A stretch of 64,000 bases of DNA from an uncultured Candidatus Poseidoniales archaeon (GCA_964613395.1 CAZTGO010000002.1:71366-135365); one strand, 5' to 3'. Positions 48,064-59,232 are shown, counted from the first letter of the stretch. The notes: generated by a model not told the origin, from the sequence alone. Made by a program: numbers and translations.

Positions 48064-48711
48064 TGATTCGTCAAGGAATTCAATGTTCTCATGCATTCTT
48101 TGAAGCACTTTTGGCATTGTTTTGAGTAAAGATTCAACGAGGTGGTCTCGACTAATCTCGTAACCTAATTTATCGAGAGATGTTGTCGTCTGAGCATCGA
48201 GGCCACATCCTTGAACACCCTCGACGCGACCACTCGGTGTATTGTAATTGATTGTGAATCCATGACGGCTGACCCATCGAAGGAAGGATAATCCAATGCT
48301 ACAAATTTTGAAATCATCGACCCAAACCCCTTGCATACGAGGATCTCGAGAAGCATCAACGCCAAGGGCTTCAAGAGTATCAATAACCCATTGTTCAATT
48401 TTTGAAATGATATGCTGGACAGAGCGCTCATCGTCTTGATTCCAAAGGAAAATCGGGTAGACCACCAGTTGGCCGGGGCCATGCCAAGTTAATCCACCTC
48501 CTCTATCAACATCGTGAGTAGCATAATCTTCTGGAGGCTGCTGTCCTTCATTTCTTGCTTTTGGCCCAACGGTAACGATCTCTGGATGTTCAAGAATGAG
48601 CAAAACATCTCCAATTTCGTTTTCAATTCTCTTCGCTTGAAGTTGCCTCATGTATACGTCTGCTTCAGGATACATCATCACTTGATGAATTTCGACTCGA
48701 ACAGGATGCAT
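48058..48711 (-). CDS. lipB: Octanoyltransferase (lipoyl(octanoyl) transferase)
   Basis: DRGGGLTWHGPGQLVVYPI and DDFKICSIGLS are LipB signatures. Confidence 0.85.
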   Translation of the reverse strand: MHPVRVEIHQVMMYPEADVYMRQLQAKRIENEIGDVLLILEHPEIVTVGPKARNEGQQPPEDYATHDVDRGGGLTWHGPGQLVVYPIFLWNQDDERSVQHIISKIEQWVIDTLEALGVDASRDPRMQGVWVDDFKICSIGLSFLRWVSRHGFTINYNTPSGRVEGVQGCGLDAQTTTSLDKLGYEISRDHLVESLLKTMPKVLQRMHENIEFLDESS

Positions 48712-48731
48712 CCTTTTCCCTCTTGCGTTGA

Positions 48732-49184
48732 CTAGAATTGACCGGTTGAGCCAAAACCACCTGTGCCACGAGTTGTGTCACCAAGGTGTTCTTTCTCAAC
48801 TTCCACCAATGTTACCTTTGGAACTTTTGCAAAAATCAATTGAGCGACGCGTTCTCCCTTCTCAATAGTCATCGATTCACCATCGCCGATGAACGATGCA
48901 AGAACTTTCAATTCACCTCTGTAATCTGAATCAATTGTTCCAACTCCATTTGGAAGCATCATACCTCTCTTTCCTAAAGATGAGCGGCACCGGAGTTGAC
49001 CCTCCCAGCCGACAGGGATGGCAATCGCAAGACCAGTTGGTATGAGTACTGTGGCATTTTTCCGTACCGCAGTTTGTTCTAATGCGTACAAATCCCAACC
49101 TGCCGCTTCCGCTGAACCTTGGGTTGGCAGTATTGCATCTTCATGCAATTTTGAAATTTGAATATGGAGTTCATCTCGGCTCAT
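48732..49184 (-). CDS. dut: Trimeric dUTP diphosphatase
   Basis: AAGWDLYA, GTIDSDYRGE and the C-terminal motif V RGTGGFGSTG. Confidence 0.9.
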   Translation of the reverse strand: MSRDELHIQISKLHEDAILPTQGSAEAAGWDLYALEQTAVRKNATVLIPTGLAIAIPVGWEGQLRCRSSLGKRGMMLPNGVGTIDSDYRGELKVLASFIGDGESMTIEKGERVAQLIFAKVPKVTLVEVEKEHLGDTTRGTGGFGSTGQF

Positions 49185-49464
49185 ATATCTCTCAAGTAAA
49201 TTCCCCGATTGAACTTTTTGCTAAAGTAAATCGATACCCACTTGCTGAAATTTCGTTAGAATAAGCAATTTCCGAGGTAAAATGTTATTTTTTCAGAGTG
49301 AAATTAAAACGAATGAAAAGTAAATTCTTTTTTGCAGTCTGTTGATTCCTAACAAATGCAAGGGTTCAAAATCAGTAATATTTTATCTTCAGCATGTGCA
49401 AGAAATATAAACCCTATACGAGTGAAGAACAAATCCGTGTCGACGGGAGGTGAAGAATGTGGTT

Positions 49465-50496
49465 ATGGATAAGGCATCATCGGATTCAAACATTGAGATT
49501 GACTTGTCGCAAGAGCATATCGAGCCTATGCTTCAGGAGAATTTAGATCGATTCGTTCTATTTCCTATTCAGCACCACGATATTTGGAAGATGTACAAAC
49601 AGGAGCAAGCATCGTTTTGGACAGCAGAAGAAATCGACTTAGCACAAGACAAAAAAGATTGGGAGAATTTGAACAATGATGAACGCCATTTCCTTAAACA
49701 TGTCCTTGCATTTTTTGCAGCAAGCGATGGTATCGTTAACGAGAATCTTGTCATGAATTTCTCAAATGAAGTCTGCTGGCCTGAAGCACGTGCGTTCTAT
49801 GGTTTTCAGATTATGATGGAAAATATTCACGCTGAAACATATTCCTTGCTTATTGACACATACATTTCTGACGAAAAGGAAAAAGATCACTTGTTTAAAG
49901 CACTTGAAACAGTCCCATCGGTTCAAAAGAAGGGCGAATGGGCACTACGATGGCTTTCTAGAAAGCGAGGCTCTTTTGCGGAGCGACTTGTGGCGTTTGC
50001 CGCTGTTGAGGGCATTTTCTTTTCGGGTTCATTCTGCGCAATCTTCTGGCTCAAAAAGCGAGGATTGATGCCAGGGCTAACATTTTCAAACGAATTGATT
50101 TCAAGAGATGAAGGGCTTCACTGCGATTTTGCCTGTTTATTGCACAATAAACTTATTCGAGGTGCAGGTGAAAATGTGATTCGACGAGTCATTGCAGAGG
50201 CTGTTGAAATTGAAATTGAATTCGTGACCACTGCATTACCGGTCAATCTTATCGGTATGAATGCAGAGTTAATGAAACAATACATCGAGTTTGTTGCGGA
50301 CCGATTGCTTGTTTCTCTGAATTGTTCGAAGATTTACAATTCGAGCAATCCGTTCCCATGGATGGAAATGATTTCCATGCAGGGTAAAACCAACTTCTTC
50401 GAGAAGCGGGTCGCAGAATATCAGAAAGCTGGTGTTATGGACGGTGCATCTCTAGGAAGTGTACAACAAAGGTTTTCGGTAGACGAAGACTTTTGA
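49465..50496 (+). CDS. nrdB: Class Ia ribonucleotide reductase small subunit (R2)
   Basis: [31 protein letters not shown], diiron ligands [10 protein letters not shown] and ISRDEGLH, and [24 protein letters not shown]. Alternative starts are GTG 49450 and GTG 49459. Confidence 0.9.
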   Translation: MDKASSDSNIEIDLSQEHIEPMLQENLDRFVLFPIQHHDIWKMYKQEQASFWTAEEIDLAQDKKDWENLNNDERHFLKHVLAFFAASDGIVNENLVMNFSNEVCWPEARAFYGFQIMMENIHAETYSLLIDTYISDEKEKDHLFKALETVPSVQKKGEWALRWLSRKRGSFAERLVAFAAVEGIFFSGSFCAIFWLKKRGLMPGLTFSNELISRDEGLHCDFACLLHNKLIRGAGENVIRRVIAEAVEIEIEFVTTALPVNLIGMNAELMKQYIEFVADRLLVSLNCSKIYNSSNPFPWMEMISMQGKTNFFEKRVAEYQKAGVMDGASLGSVQQRFSVDEDF

Positions 50497-50553
50497 ACTG
50501 TCCGCGCACGAAGAGCGTTGTTGCGCTCAACTTGAACACAAAACGGTGATAAA

Positions 50554-52947
50554 ATGACAATGCAGGTAATCAAGAGAAATGGAGAGAAAGAAGCAGTTCG
50601 CTTCGATGCTATTTTAGAAAAACTCACTCGGCTTTGTGAAGACCTGAACAATGAATGGATCGACCCAGGTATGGTCACGAAGTTGACCATCGAAGGTTTG
50701 TATGATGGTGTCACAACGAGGGAACTCGACATGCTTGCTGCAGAAACAGCCGCATCACTTACTTCGCAACATCCTGATTACAGCCGACTTGCAGCCCGTA
50801 TTTGTGTTGATGATTTGCATCGTTCCACTAAAGGTGTCTTCACTGATGTCATCAAAGATTTGAGGGAGTATATCGACCCTGAATCTGGAAAACATGCACC
50901 TCTCATTTCCGAAGAAGTTTTTGATATCATCATGGCAAACAGTGATGTCCTCAACAACCATATTGATTACAAGCGAGACAACAACTACGATTATTTTGGT
51001 TTCAAAACTCTTGAACGCTCTTACCTTCTTCGACTCAATGGAGAAATTGCAGAGCGACCTCAAGATATGCTCATGCGAGTCGCCGTTGGTATTCATCATA
51101 CAGATATTGAGAAGGCACTCCAAACCTACGATTTGATGAGCGAAGGCTACTTTACGCACGCCACGCCTACACTTTTCAATTCAGCCACACCAATGCCACA
51201 AATGTCTTCTTGTTTCTTGCTCACTATGCAAGACGACTCACTGGATGGAATTTATGATACGCTCAAACAGTGTGCATTAATCTCGAAATCCGCAGGTGGT
51301 ATTGGCTTGTCAATCCACCACATTCGGTCACAGGGCTCGTACATCAAAGGAACGAATGGCACGTCAAATGGAATTGTTCCTATGCTTCGTGTGTTCAATG
51401 ATACAGCACGATATGTTGACCAAGGCGGTGGCAAGCGAAAAGGTTCAATAGCGATATACCTCGAACCTTGGCATCCAGATCTCCTCGATTTCTTGAACCT
51501 ACGTAAGAACCACGGAAAAGAAGAAATGCGTGCAAGAGATTTGTTCTATGCTCTTTGGACCCCAGATTTGTTCATGCAACGTGTTGAAGAAAATGGAAAT
51601 TGGTCGTTTTTGTGCCCTAATGAATGTCCAGGATTGCAAGATGTGTACGGTGAAGAGTTCAAAGCACTCTATGAGAAATATGAATCAGAGGGCCTTGCAA
51701 GAAAAACAATGCCTGCCAGAGAGGTATGGGACAAAATCGTTGAAGCACAGATTGAGACGGGAACACCTTACATGTTGTACAAAGACGCTGCAAACCAGAA
51801 ATCAAATCAGAAGAATTTGGGGACAATTCGTTCGTCAAATCTTTGCACTGAAATCATGGAATACACGTCCAAAGACGAAGTTGCAGTTTGTAATCTAGCA
51901 TCAATCGCTCTCCCCAAGTATGTCAATCTCGAAACGAAAGAGTTCGACCATCAATTATTGTATGATGTAACATACCACGTGACAGGTAACTTAAACCGAG
52001 TCATCGATGTAAATTACTACCCCGTTCCAGAGGCACGAAACTCAAACATGAGGCACAGGCCTATCGGACTGGGCGTCCAAGGTCTTGCAGATACGTTCGC
52101 AATGCTTGGAATGGCATTTGAGAGTCCTGAAGCAAAGGCGTTGAACAAAGATATTTTCGAGACCATCTATTATGCAGCATGTGCATCATCCAAAGACCTA
52201 GCTAAAGTCGAAGGGCCATATTCTACTTTCGAAGGCTCACCGGCAAGCAAAGGAATTCTTCAATTTGATTTGTGGGACATGAATGAACACAGCGGTCGAT
52301 GGGATTGGGATTCGCTGAAAGCTGAGATCATTGAACACGGAATGCGAAATTCACTTCTCCTTGCTCCAATGCCGACCGCATCAACCTCACAAATTCTTGG
52401 TAATAATGAGTGTTTTGAGGCCTTTACATCAAATCTCTATGTTCGAAGAACGTTGTCTGGTGAATTCATTGTCCTTAACAAGCACCTTGTGAACGATTTG
52501 ATTTCCGAAGGTATTTGGAGTGTCGAATTAAAAGACCAAATCCTGATACAAAAAGGTTCAATTCAACAAATCCCTTCAATACCAGATCGAATTAAAGATA
52601 TTTACAAAACAACATGGGAAATCAAACAAAAAACAATTTTGGAAATGGCTGCAGATCGTGGTGCATACATTGACCAAAGCCAATCTCTCAACATTCACAT
52701 GGTCGATGCAAATCCTGCAAAGGTATCATCCATGCATTTCTATGGATGGAGATTGGGATTGAAGACCGGTATGTACTACTTGAGAACAAAAGCTGCAGCC
52801 GATGCAATTCAATTTACAGTTGAAGCCAAAGGTAAAGACGATCAGACTGTGAACGGGCTTGCCAATCGGGCAGAAGAAGTTGATTCTATGGATGCAATTG
52901 CGTGCAGTCTCGATAGCCCTGACGATTGCCTAATGTGCGGTTCGTGA
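50554..52947 (+). CDS. nrdA: Class Ia ribonucleotide reductase large subunit (R1) with ATP-cone
   Basis: [16 protein letters not shown] is the ATP-cone. SSNLCTEI is the active-site Cys/Glu. The C-terminal redox pair is CLMCGS. 797 aa, no intein. Confidence 0.95.
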   Translation: MTMQVIKRNGEKEAVRFDAILEKLTRLCEDLNNEWIDPGMVTKLTIEGLYDGVTTRELDMLAAETAASLTSQHPDYSRLAARICVDDLHRSTKGVFTDVIKDLREYIDPESGKHAPLISEEVFDIIMANSDVLNNHIDYKRDNNYDYFGFKTLERSYLLRLNGEIAERPQDMLMRVAVGIHHTDIEKALQTYDLMSEGYFTHATPTLFNSATPMPQMSSCFLLTMQDDSLDGIYDTLKQCALISKSAGGIGLSIHHIRSQGSYIKGTNGTSNGIVPMLRVFNDTARYVDQGGGKRKGSIAIYLEPWHPDLLDFLNLRKNHGKEEMRARDLFYALWTPDLFMQRVEENGNWSFLCPNECPGLQDVYGEEFKALYEKYESEGLARKTMPAREVWDKIVEAQIETGTPYMLYKDAANQKSNQKNLGTIRSSNLCTEIMEYTSKDEVAVCNLASIALPKYVNLETKEFDHQLLYDVTYHVTGNLNRVIDVNYYPVPEARNSNMRHRPIGLGVQGLADTFAMLGMAFESPEAKALNKDIFETIYYAACASSKDLAKVEGPYSTFEGSPASKGILQFDLWDMNEHSGRWDWDSLKAEIIEHGMRNSLLLAPMPTASTSQILGNNECFEAFTSNLYVRRTLSGEFIVLNKHLVNDLISEGIWSVELKDQILIQKGSIQQIPSIPDRIKDIYKTTWEIKQKTILEMAADRGAYIDQSQSLNIHMVDANPAKVSSMHFYGWRLGLKTGMYYLRTKAAADAIQFTVEAKGKDDQTVNGLANRAEEVDSMDAIACSLDSPDDCLMCGS

Positions 52948-53004
52948 TTTACCAAGAACGAATTGCAGTTCAATTGTTATATCATTGACTCTTTAGAGAT
53001 ATCA

Positions 53005-53454
53005 ATGGATTCTGTTGAGCAGTATGTCTTGGCTCTCCCAGATGAACGTAAAGAAGTCATTTCACACATTCTAAGCACAATACGAGAACATATACCTGAT
53101 GGATTTCAAGAGTGCTTCATGTACAACATGCCTGGTTGGGTGGTGCCACATTCAAGGTATCCAAATGGATATCATGTGGACCCAAGTTTGCCATTACCTT
53201 TTTTGAACGTAGCCTCACAAAAAAATCACGTAGCTTTGTATCACATGGGTGTGTATTCCAATCCGACGTTGCTTGAGTGGGTCAAACAAGAATATCCGAA
53301 ACATAGCACGACAAAATTAGACATGGGTAAAAGTTGTATTCGCTTCAAAAACATCAACAAGATTCCCTATGATTTCATTGGAATGCTATGTACAAGAATG
53401 ACTCCAGACCAATGGATCCATCAATATGAGTTAAGTGTACACCCCTCACAATAA
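53005..53454 (+). CDS. DUF1801 (YdhG-like) domain protein
   Basis: VEQYVLALPDERKEVISHILSTIREHIP and VALYHMGVY resemble DUF1801 family proteins. ATG 53005 was chosen over track start 52963. Confidence 0.6.
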   Translation: MDSVEQYVLALPDERKEVISHILSTIREHIPDGFQECFMYNMPGWVVPHSRYPNGYHVDPSLPLPFLNVASQKNHVALYHMGVYSNPTLLEWVKQEYPKHSTTKLDMGKSCIRFKNINKIPYDFIGMLCTRMTPDQWIHQYELSVHPSQ

Positions 53455-53544
53455 ATCAGAGGGCATTCAGTGGTCCAAACTTCTTGGCAATCTCATATCT
53501 AAAAAATTGTGAAGGGTTCAAAACGATGATGCCGTCCGCCAAGC

Positions 53545-54501
53545 ATGGACGTCGCTTCATTGTACAGGAATGCTGCAAGCGGCCTTCCATTTTCGTTGGA
53601 GATTCTTCCCCCAAACCGAGGACTTGGCCTTGAAAACATTCACGATTTTTTCAACAGCCTTGATGGGTGGCTGCCTGCATTTGCTAGTGTCACATACCAC
53701 CAAGCGCACAAAATAGACCGTATCAATGAACACGGCCAAACGGAGAGAATTTGGAATCGGAAAAAACCCGGCACGCTAGGTGTCTGCGCCATGCTTAAGT
53801 TTCAGTACGGCCTTGATGTTATACCCCATGTTATTTGCGGTGGTTTTTCTAAGTTTGAATCCGAGGATTTTTTGGTGGATTTGGATTATCTTGGTTTCAA
53901 CCATGTGTTAGCACTTCGCGGCGACCCAAACAAGACAGAACCGTATTTCATTCCCCATCCGTACGGGAACACATACGCAAACGAGTTGGTCGAGCAAATC
54001 ATGGATATGAACGCAGGAAAATATCTGGAAGATGTGAGCGAAGCTCGAGCCACAAACTTTGAAATTGGCGTAGGAGGGTATCCCGAAGTCCATGCGGAAG
54101 CTCGTGATTTGGAAGAGGAGATTACCAACATCAAGAGAAAAATTGACGCTGGAGCATCGTTTGTGATCACCCAGATGTTCTTTGATAACGAATGCTTCTT
54201 TCGGTTTGAGAAATCATGTCGGAAGGTAGGCATCGATGTACCGCTCATTCCAGGAATAAAGGTCATCACCTCGAAACAACAACTCACGGTCTTGCCAGAA
54301 ATTTTCGGAACAAGCCTACCTCAGAACCTCATTGACGATGTCAATGCCTGTGAAACTGATGACGAAGTGAGGCAGGTTGGCATTGCACATGCAGTTCACC
54401 AAGTACGAGATTTGCTCGATTATGGCGTAACTGGCGTGCACTTCTTCACTATGAACAACAGCAGTGTGTTCAACCAGATTCTCCGAGAGTTCCAGGGGTG
54501 A
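53545..54501 (+). CDS. metF: 5,10-methylenetetrahydrofolate reductase
   Basis: FSLEILPP (MetF EFFPP-type start), VLALRGDP, GGYPEVH and FVITQMFFD. Confidence 0.85.
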   Translation: MDVASLYRNAASGLPFSLEILPPNRGLGLENIHDFFNSLDGWLPAFASVTYHQAHKIDRINEHGQTERIWNRKKPGTLGVCAMLKFQYGLDVIPHVICGGFSKFESEDFLVDLDYLGFNHVLALRGDPNKTEPYFIPHPYGNTYANELVEQIMDMNAGKYLEDVSEARATNFEIGVGGYPEVHAEARDLEEEITNIKRKIDAGASFVITQMFFDNECFFRFEKSCRKVGIDVPLIPGIKVITSKQQLTVLPEIFGTSLPQNLIDDVNACETDDEVRQVGIAHAVHQVRDLLDYGVTGVHFFTMNNSSVFNQILREFQG

Positions 54502-54507
54502 AAGGCC

Positions 54508-57500
54508 ATGTCTCCGAAGGATGAATTGGAGAGGATGTCCAAGGATCGAATACTCATCATCGATGGTGCCATGGGAACCATGATTCAGCAGCATCCCTTG
54601 AAGGAAGAAGACTTTCGTGATGGTTCCTTAAAGAGCCATTCTATAGATTTGAAAGGCAACAACGAGATGCTCAACATCACACAACCCCATCTCATTGAGA
54701 CCATTCATACTCAATACCTTCAAGCTGGAGCCGACATCATCGAAACAAACACGTTTGGTGCAACCAGCATTGCACAATCGGAATACGGTTTAAGCGACCG
54801 TGTTGTTGAAATGAACGAGCGAGCAGCGAAGATTGCGAAAGAAGCCGTGAGAAAGCATCAGGAAAAAACCGGTAAACGTTGTTGGGTGGCTGGAGCCATT
54901 GGACCAACAAATGTCACGCTTTCTGCCTCTTCGGATGTGGATGATCCCGCTGCAAGAGCGGCGAACTGGGATGAAGTTTACCAAGCATACCTTGAACAAA
55001 TTCTTGTCCTCATCGAAGGCGGCTGCGACATCATCCTCATCGAGACTATTTTTGATGTTCTCAACGCAAAAGCCGCTATCAAGGCAACGCTTGATGCCTT
55101 TGAGATGAAACAGATTGAATTGCCCATCATCATCTCGGTGACGTTCATTCAAGAAAAAGGAGACCGTACCGTATTCGGACAAAGCGTGGAAGCCTTTTGG
55201 ACTACCGTCAAGCATGCAAAACCGTTCAGCATCGGCATTAATTGTGGATTGGGAGCATCGGGTTTACGAAGCAAGCTATTCACCCTTGCTAACATCTGTG
55301 ACACTCGGACTCACATCTATCCAAACGCTGGATTACCCAACCCACTTTCACCCTCAGGCTTTGATGAAACGCCGCACATTACAGCTTCCCACATCGCCTC
55401 ACTGGTTCAAGACGGGTTGCTCAATCTTGTTGGAGGATGCTGCGGAACAACCCCTGAACACATCCAAGCCATTCACGATTCGGTTCAAGGATTGCACCCC
55501 CGAGTCCCAGGTGAACCAAACCAGGTGCCGACGTACGCCGGTTTGGATACCTGTACCATCCTTCCTGATTCTAACCTCATCATGATTGGAGAGCGGACGA
55601 ACGTTACGGGTTCAGCTCAATTTCGCAGGCTTGTAACCGCTTTAGATTTTGAAAACGCTGTGGAAGTAGCACGGGACCAAGTGCAAAACGGTGCCAACAT
55701 CATCGATGTCAACATGGATGAGGGATTAATAGAAAGCGAAGAGGTCATGACCCGTTTCCTCAACATGATTGCCACAGAGCCAGAAATTGCTTCTGTCCCC
55801 ATCATGATAGATTCATCAAAATGGAGTGTGCTCGAAGCTGGCCTCAAATGCATTCAAGGCAAACCCATTGTCAACTCTATTTCCCTCAAAGAAGGCGAAA
55901 CAGTCTTCCTTGAGCAAGCGAAGAAGATTCATCGCTATGGTGCAGCCGTGGTCGTGATGGGTTTTGATGAGAATGGCCAAGCAGAAAGTGTGGAAAGGAA
56001 AGTAGAAATCGCACTGAGGGCTCAACAACTCCTGGTTGAACGCGTTGGTTTTCACCCATCAGACATCATTCATGACCCAAATGTACTCGCCGTAGCAACT
56101 GGTATGTCGGAGCATAATGACTTCGCAAAACACTATATCGAGGCAACGAGGATTATCCGTGAAACATGTCCACAATCCATGGTAAGCGGAGGTATTAGCA
56201 ACCTCTCATTTTCGTTTCGAGGAAACGATACAGTTCGCCAAGCCATGCATGCCGTATTCTTGCATCACGCAATCAGTGCAGGTCTAACGATGGGCATTGT
56301 GAACCCCTCCCATCTAACCATCTATGAAGACATTGAAGATTCGTTACTTGAGATGGTTGAGGATGTAATTCTCAATCGTCGCCCCGATGCAACCGAACGC
56401 CTTGTGTCCATGGCCGACCGTTTTTCAAAACAAAGAAGCATCCATCAAGATGCGAAAGAATGGAGAGAACAGGACGTCGCAACACGCTTGGCTCATGCCT
56501 TGATTCATGGAATCACCGAATTCATCGAACAGGATGTCGCTGAGGCCTACGAAGATGTTGGCGATGCGTTGAGTATCATTGAGGGCCCTCTCATGGACGG
56601 CATGAACATTGTTGGAGATTTGTTTGGTTCGGGCAAAATGTTTCTTCCACAAGTCGTGAAAAGTGCCCGTGTTATGAAGAAGGCGGTTGCATGGTTGGAA
56701 CCCCACATGCATCATGATGACACCGAGCAGAAAAAACGAGCAGATGTCGTGCTCGCAACCGTCAAAGGAGACGTTCATGATATTGGAAAAAATATCGTGG
56801 GTATCGTATTGCAATGCAACGACTACGCCGTCCATGACCTCGGCGTCATGGTGCCTCTTTCCACCATATTGGACAAAGTGGAAGAGGTGCAGGCCGATGT
56901 TCTCGGCTTGTCTGGCCTCATCACACCCTCCCTTGATGAAATGATTGAAGTGGCCAAGGAAATGCAACGAAGGGGCATGACCATCCCATTATTGATTGGA
57001 GGTGCTACCACCTCACGCCAGCATACCGCCGTGAGAATCAACCCTGCTTACGAAGCAGAGGTTGTGCACGTGAAGGACGCCTCCCTTATTTCAGGGGTAC
57101 TCAATCAATTGCTTGATGATGAAAAACGAATTGAATTCAAGAAATCACTGGATGAAGAAAACGAACGATTGACGAATCTTTACGAGCGAAAAATCAACCA
57201 GCCTCTTCTCACCTTGGAAAAAGCAAGACAACGAAAACCTGTCCTCGAGTTTAACGAGCAGACATGTGCCAAGCCTCCATTTACAGGTGTGAGAGAATTC
57301 TCGCTCAACCTTGAAGATGTTGAGCCATATATTGACTGGAATTTCTTTTTCACCGCATGGAACATGAAGGGCGCTTATCCCGCTATCCTCACCCACCCTG
57401 AGAAAGGTGAGGCAGCTATGGATGTTTTTGAAAACGGCAAGAAAATGCTGGTTGAGGTTATACAAAATCAGTCGTTGCATGTCAAGGCTATCGCCGGTTT

Positions 57501-58152
57501 TTGGCCAGCCTATTCAGAAGGCGATGATGTCATTATTCAAGGGCAGAAAGAACACAGGTTTGCGTTCTTGAGACAACAACGGAGTGTTGGAGAACAGAAT
57601 GTTTGCCTTGCCGACTTTGTGGCACCTCAGGATCAAATTCAAGATCATGTGGGAGCATTCGCGGTCGCTATTCACGGGACAGAAGCGCTCGCAAAAGCCT
57701 TTGAGGATGAGCAAGATGATTACAACGCAATCATGATCAAAGCGATATCAGACCGCCTTGCTGAAGCTAGCGCTGAAAAGTTGCACCAAATCATTCGAGC
57801 AGAGTGGGGTTTCCCTGACGATGAAGACATGACTCACGAACGCTTGATGATGGCTGATTACCGTTCGATCCGGCCGGCCTTTGGCTACCCTGCTTGTCCT
57901 GACCACAGCGATAAACGCTCTCTCTTTGCTCTCTTGGAGGCCGAAACTCACGGATTCCAACTCACTGAATCATGTGCAACATCACCTGCATCCAGTGTTT
58001 CAGGATTGTATTTTGGTCATCCGGAAGCCATCTATTTCGGCGTCAATCGAATTGATGAAGGGCAGGTTATGGATTTGGCACAACGCAAACAAATACCACG
58101 AAGAGAGGTCGAATATTGGCTCGCCTCAATCATTGACTACGACCCGAACTGA
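54508..58152 (+). CDS. metH: Cobalamin-dependent methionine synthase, full four-module architecture
   Basis: Hcy-binding module (IIDGAMGT ... [11 protein letters not shown]), pterin-binding module, B12-binding [11 protein letters not shown] (DxHxxG), and a C-terminal AdoMet reactivation domain. 1214 aa. Confidence 0.95.
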   Translation: MSPKDELERMSKDRILIIDGAMGTMIQQHPLKEEDFRDGSLKSHSIDLKGNNEMLNITQPHLIETIHTQYLQAGADIIETNTFGATSIAQSEYGLSDRVVEMNERAAKIAKEAVRKHQEKTGKRCWVAGAIGPTNVTLSASSDVDDPAARAANWDEVYQAYLEQILVLIEGGCDIILIETIFDVLNAKAAIKATLDAFEMKQIELPIIISVTFIQEKGDRTVFGQSVEAFWTTVKHAKPFSIGINCGLGASGLRSKLFTLANICDTRTHIYPNAGLPNPLSPSGFDETPHITASHIASLVQDGLLNLVGGCCGTTPEHIQAIHDSVQGLHPRVPGEPNQVPTYAGLDTCTILPDSNLIMIGERTNVTGSAQFRRLVTALDFENAVEVARDQVQNGANIIDVNMDEGLIESEEVMTRFLNMIATEPEIASVPIMIDSSKWSVLEAGLKCIQGKPIVNSISLKEGETVFLEQAKKIHRYGAAVVVMGFDENGQAESVERKVEIALRAQQLLVERVGFHPSDIIHDPNVLAVATGMSEHNDFAKHYIEATRIIRETCPQSMVSGGISNLSFSFRGNDTVRQAMHAVFLHHAISAGLTMGIVNPSHLTIYEDIEDSLLEMVEDVILNRRPDATERLVSMADRFSKQRSIHQDAKEWREQDVATRLAHALIHGITEFIEQDVAEAYEDVGDALSIIEGPLMDGMNIVGDLFGSGKMFLPQVVKSARVMKKAVAWLEPHMHHDDTEQKKRADVVLATVKGDVHDIGKNIVGIVLQCNDYAVHDLGVMVPLSTILDKVEEVQADVLGLSGLITPSLDEMIEVAKEMQRRGMTIPLLIGGATTSRQHTAVRINPAYEAEVVHVKDASLISGVLNQLLDDEKRIEFKKSLDEENERLTNLYERKINQPLLTLEKARQRKPVLEFNEQTCAKPPFTGVREFSLNLEDVEPYIDWNFFFTAWNMKGAYPAILTHPEKGEAAMDVFENGKKMLVEVIQNQSLHVKAIAGFWPAYSEGDDVIIQGQKEHRFAFLRQQRSVGEQNVCLADFVAPQDQIQDHVGAFAVAIHGTEALAKAFEDEQDDYNAIMIKAISDRLAEASAEKLHQIIRAEWGFPDDEDMTHERLMMADYRSIRPAFGYPACPDHSDKRSLFALLEAETHGFQLTESCATSPASSVSGLYFGHPEAIYFGVNRIDEGQVMDLAQRKQIPRREVEYWLASIIDYDPN

Positions 58153-58256
58153 ACAGGCTCAAGCATAGTTTGGGTCTTGAATTTCTACAGGCGAAGAGCA
58201 AATTAGGCTTGCAGAACATTGGCTACCTAATCATAGCGTGGCGTTTGAAAAGACCC

Positions 58257-58271
58257 ACTGCAAGCCCTTTG
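58257..58271. repeat. Left arm of perfect 15-bp inverted repeat (ACTGCAAGCCCTTTG)
   Basis: Exact reverse complement of 59307-59321, read directly from the sequence. The flanking bases do not extend the match. Confidence 0.9.
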
Positions 58272-58391
58272 ATTTGCCAATACCTGAGCAATGGTGTCGA
58301 GATAAACCCATGTATTCGTTTTTCACTCTATCCTCAAAATATATTTCTTGGTCGGGAATTTTTTTTTAATTTAGAGTTTTGAATTTACAAT

Positions 58392-58772
58392 ATGTCAGGA
58401 AAAACCGGGCGGAAAGAATCAATTAAATTCCAAACCCCAGCCATGAAAAAATGGCAAAGAAACCACCTGAAACAAGAAAATGAAGAACCAGACAACAGTG
58501 CGGGTGAAGTCGTTACCGGCTTCTTGATGCCAGCCTTTGTTACCTTCTGTTTTTTCATGGTTTTCGGGACATTAACTGCCGACGATCCATGGGGTATAGT
58601 TCCTGCATTCGCTATGACAATGGTATTTTGGCCTATTATATCGCTAATTTTTATTTATTATTATAATACGAAAGGAAACGAGAACCGAAAGAAAGGAGCA
58701 ACTAGATCGTTCATCGCATCTTTAGCACTCATCGTAATTACGATCGTTTTCGGTGGTATACTTCAATCGTGA
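58392..58772 (+). CDS. Small membrane protein (about 3 TM), hypothetical
   Basis: 126 aa. Basic N-terminus, hydrophobic segments VVTGFLMPAFVTFCFFMVFG, IVPAFAMTMVFWPIISLIFIYYY and FIASLALIVITIVFGGIL. An AT-rich TATA-like tract lies upstream. Confidence 0.45.
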   Translation: MSGKTGRKESIKFQTPAMKKWQRNHLKQENEEPDNSAGEVVTGFLMPAFVTFCFFMVFGTLTADDPWGIVPAFAMTMVFWPIISLIFIYYYNTKGNENRKKGATRSFIASLALIVITIVFGGILQS

Positions 58773-58861
58773 AATTACAAATTACACGAAGAAATATCTA
58801 ATCGAAAATTAAAATGAACAGTTAAACTCACATCCATCACTCTCGTGATAGTGGATAAGCA

Positions 58862-58932
58862 GAGGGGCCCCTTTGATGACCCGTGCAAGCAGAGGGTGCC
58901 CACTGCTCACCCATCTGAGCAAGGGGGCCCTT
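58862..58932 (+). other. GC-rich structured element in AT-rich convergent intergenic region (candidate k-turn / C/D-box-like small RNA or bidirectional terminator)
   Basis: 58862-58873 (GAGGGGCCCCTT) pairs with 58921-58932 (AAGGGGGCCCTT): 11 of 12 positions pair, one of them a G-U wobble, with one G-G mismatch. The stem encloses TGATGA (58874-58879) and CTGA (58915-58918). There is an internal GGGTG/CACCC hairpin (58894-58898 / 58908-58912). Confidence 0.3.
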
Positions 58933-58938
58933 CGCATT

Positions 58939-59232
58939 TCAGTTCAAATCTCTGATTAATTCGTTAACATCAACATTACCATTGTAGATTAAAAATCCAC
59001 AAACTAAAACAGTAACAGTCGCAAATAACAGGGCTCTATTGATAATTCCCTTAACAAAATCAAATACATTCTTTGCAGCCACTGAAACCTTTTCGCCTAC
59101 ATCATCTAAACTTGGCAGTTCGACATTTGTAGATTTGTCAACATGTGTATTTTGGATATTATGGTGTACATCACCAACATGCACATCCCCTGTTACTACA
59201 GAGTCCTGAATCGCCGACTCAACATCTGCCAT
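58939..59232 (-). CDS. Small tail-anchored (C-terminal TM) protein, hypothetical
   Basis: 97 aa from ATG 59232 (MADVESAIQ...). Acidic, His-containing N-terminal part and a single TM, ALLFATVTVLVCGFLIY. The track TTG start is 59253. Confidence 0.4.
   Translation of the reverse strand: MADVESAIQDSVVTGDVHVGDVHHNIQNTHVDKSTNVELPSLDDVGEKVSVAAKNVFDFVKGIINRALLFATVTVLVCGFLIYNGNVDVNELIRDLN

Noticed and set aside
58170-58382. 70-aa TTG-start ORF between metH and the small membrane-protein gene
   Set aside because: It has no RBS, a non-ATG start and low-complexity translation. It spans the inverted-repeat arm and the AT-rich promoter-like tract of the next gene.
58857-58930. Possible mini CRISPR-like array: three G/C-rich units of about 15 nt, spaced about 30 nt apart
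   Set aside because: There are only three imperfect units. They are far shorter than CRISPR repeats, and no cas genes are present. Units 1 and 3 are better explained as the two arms of a stem, because GGGGCCCC-type sequences are self-complementary.
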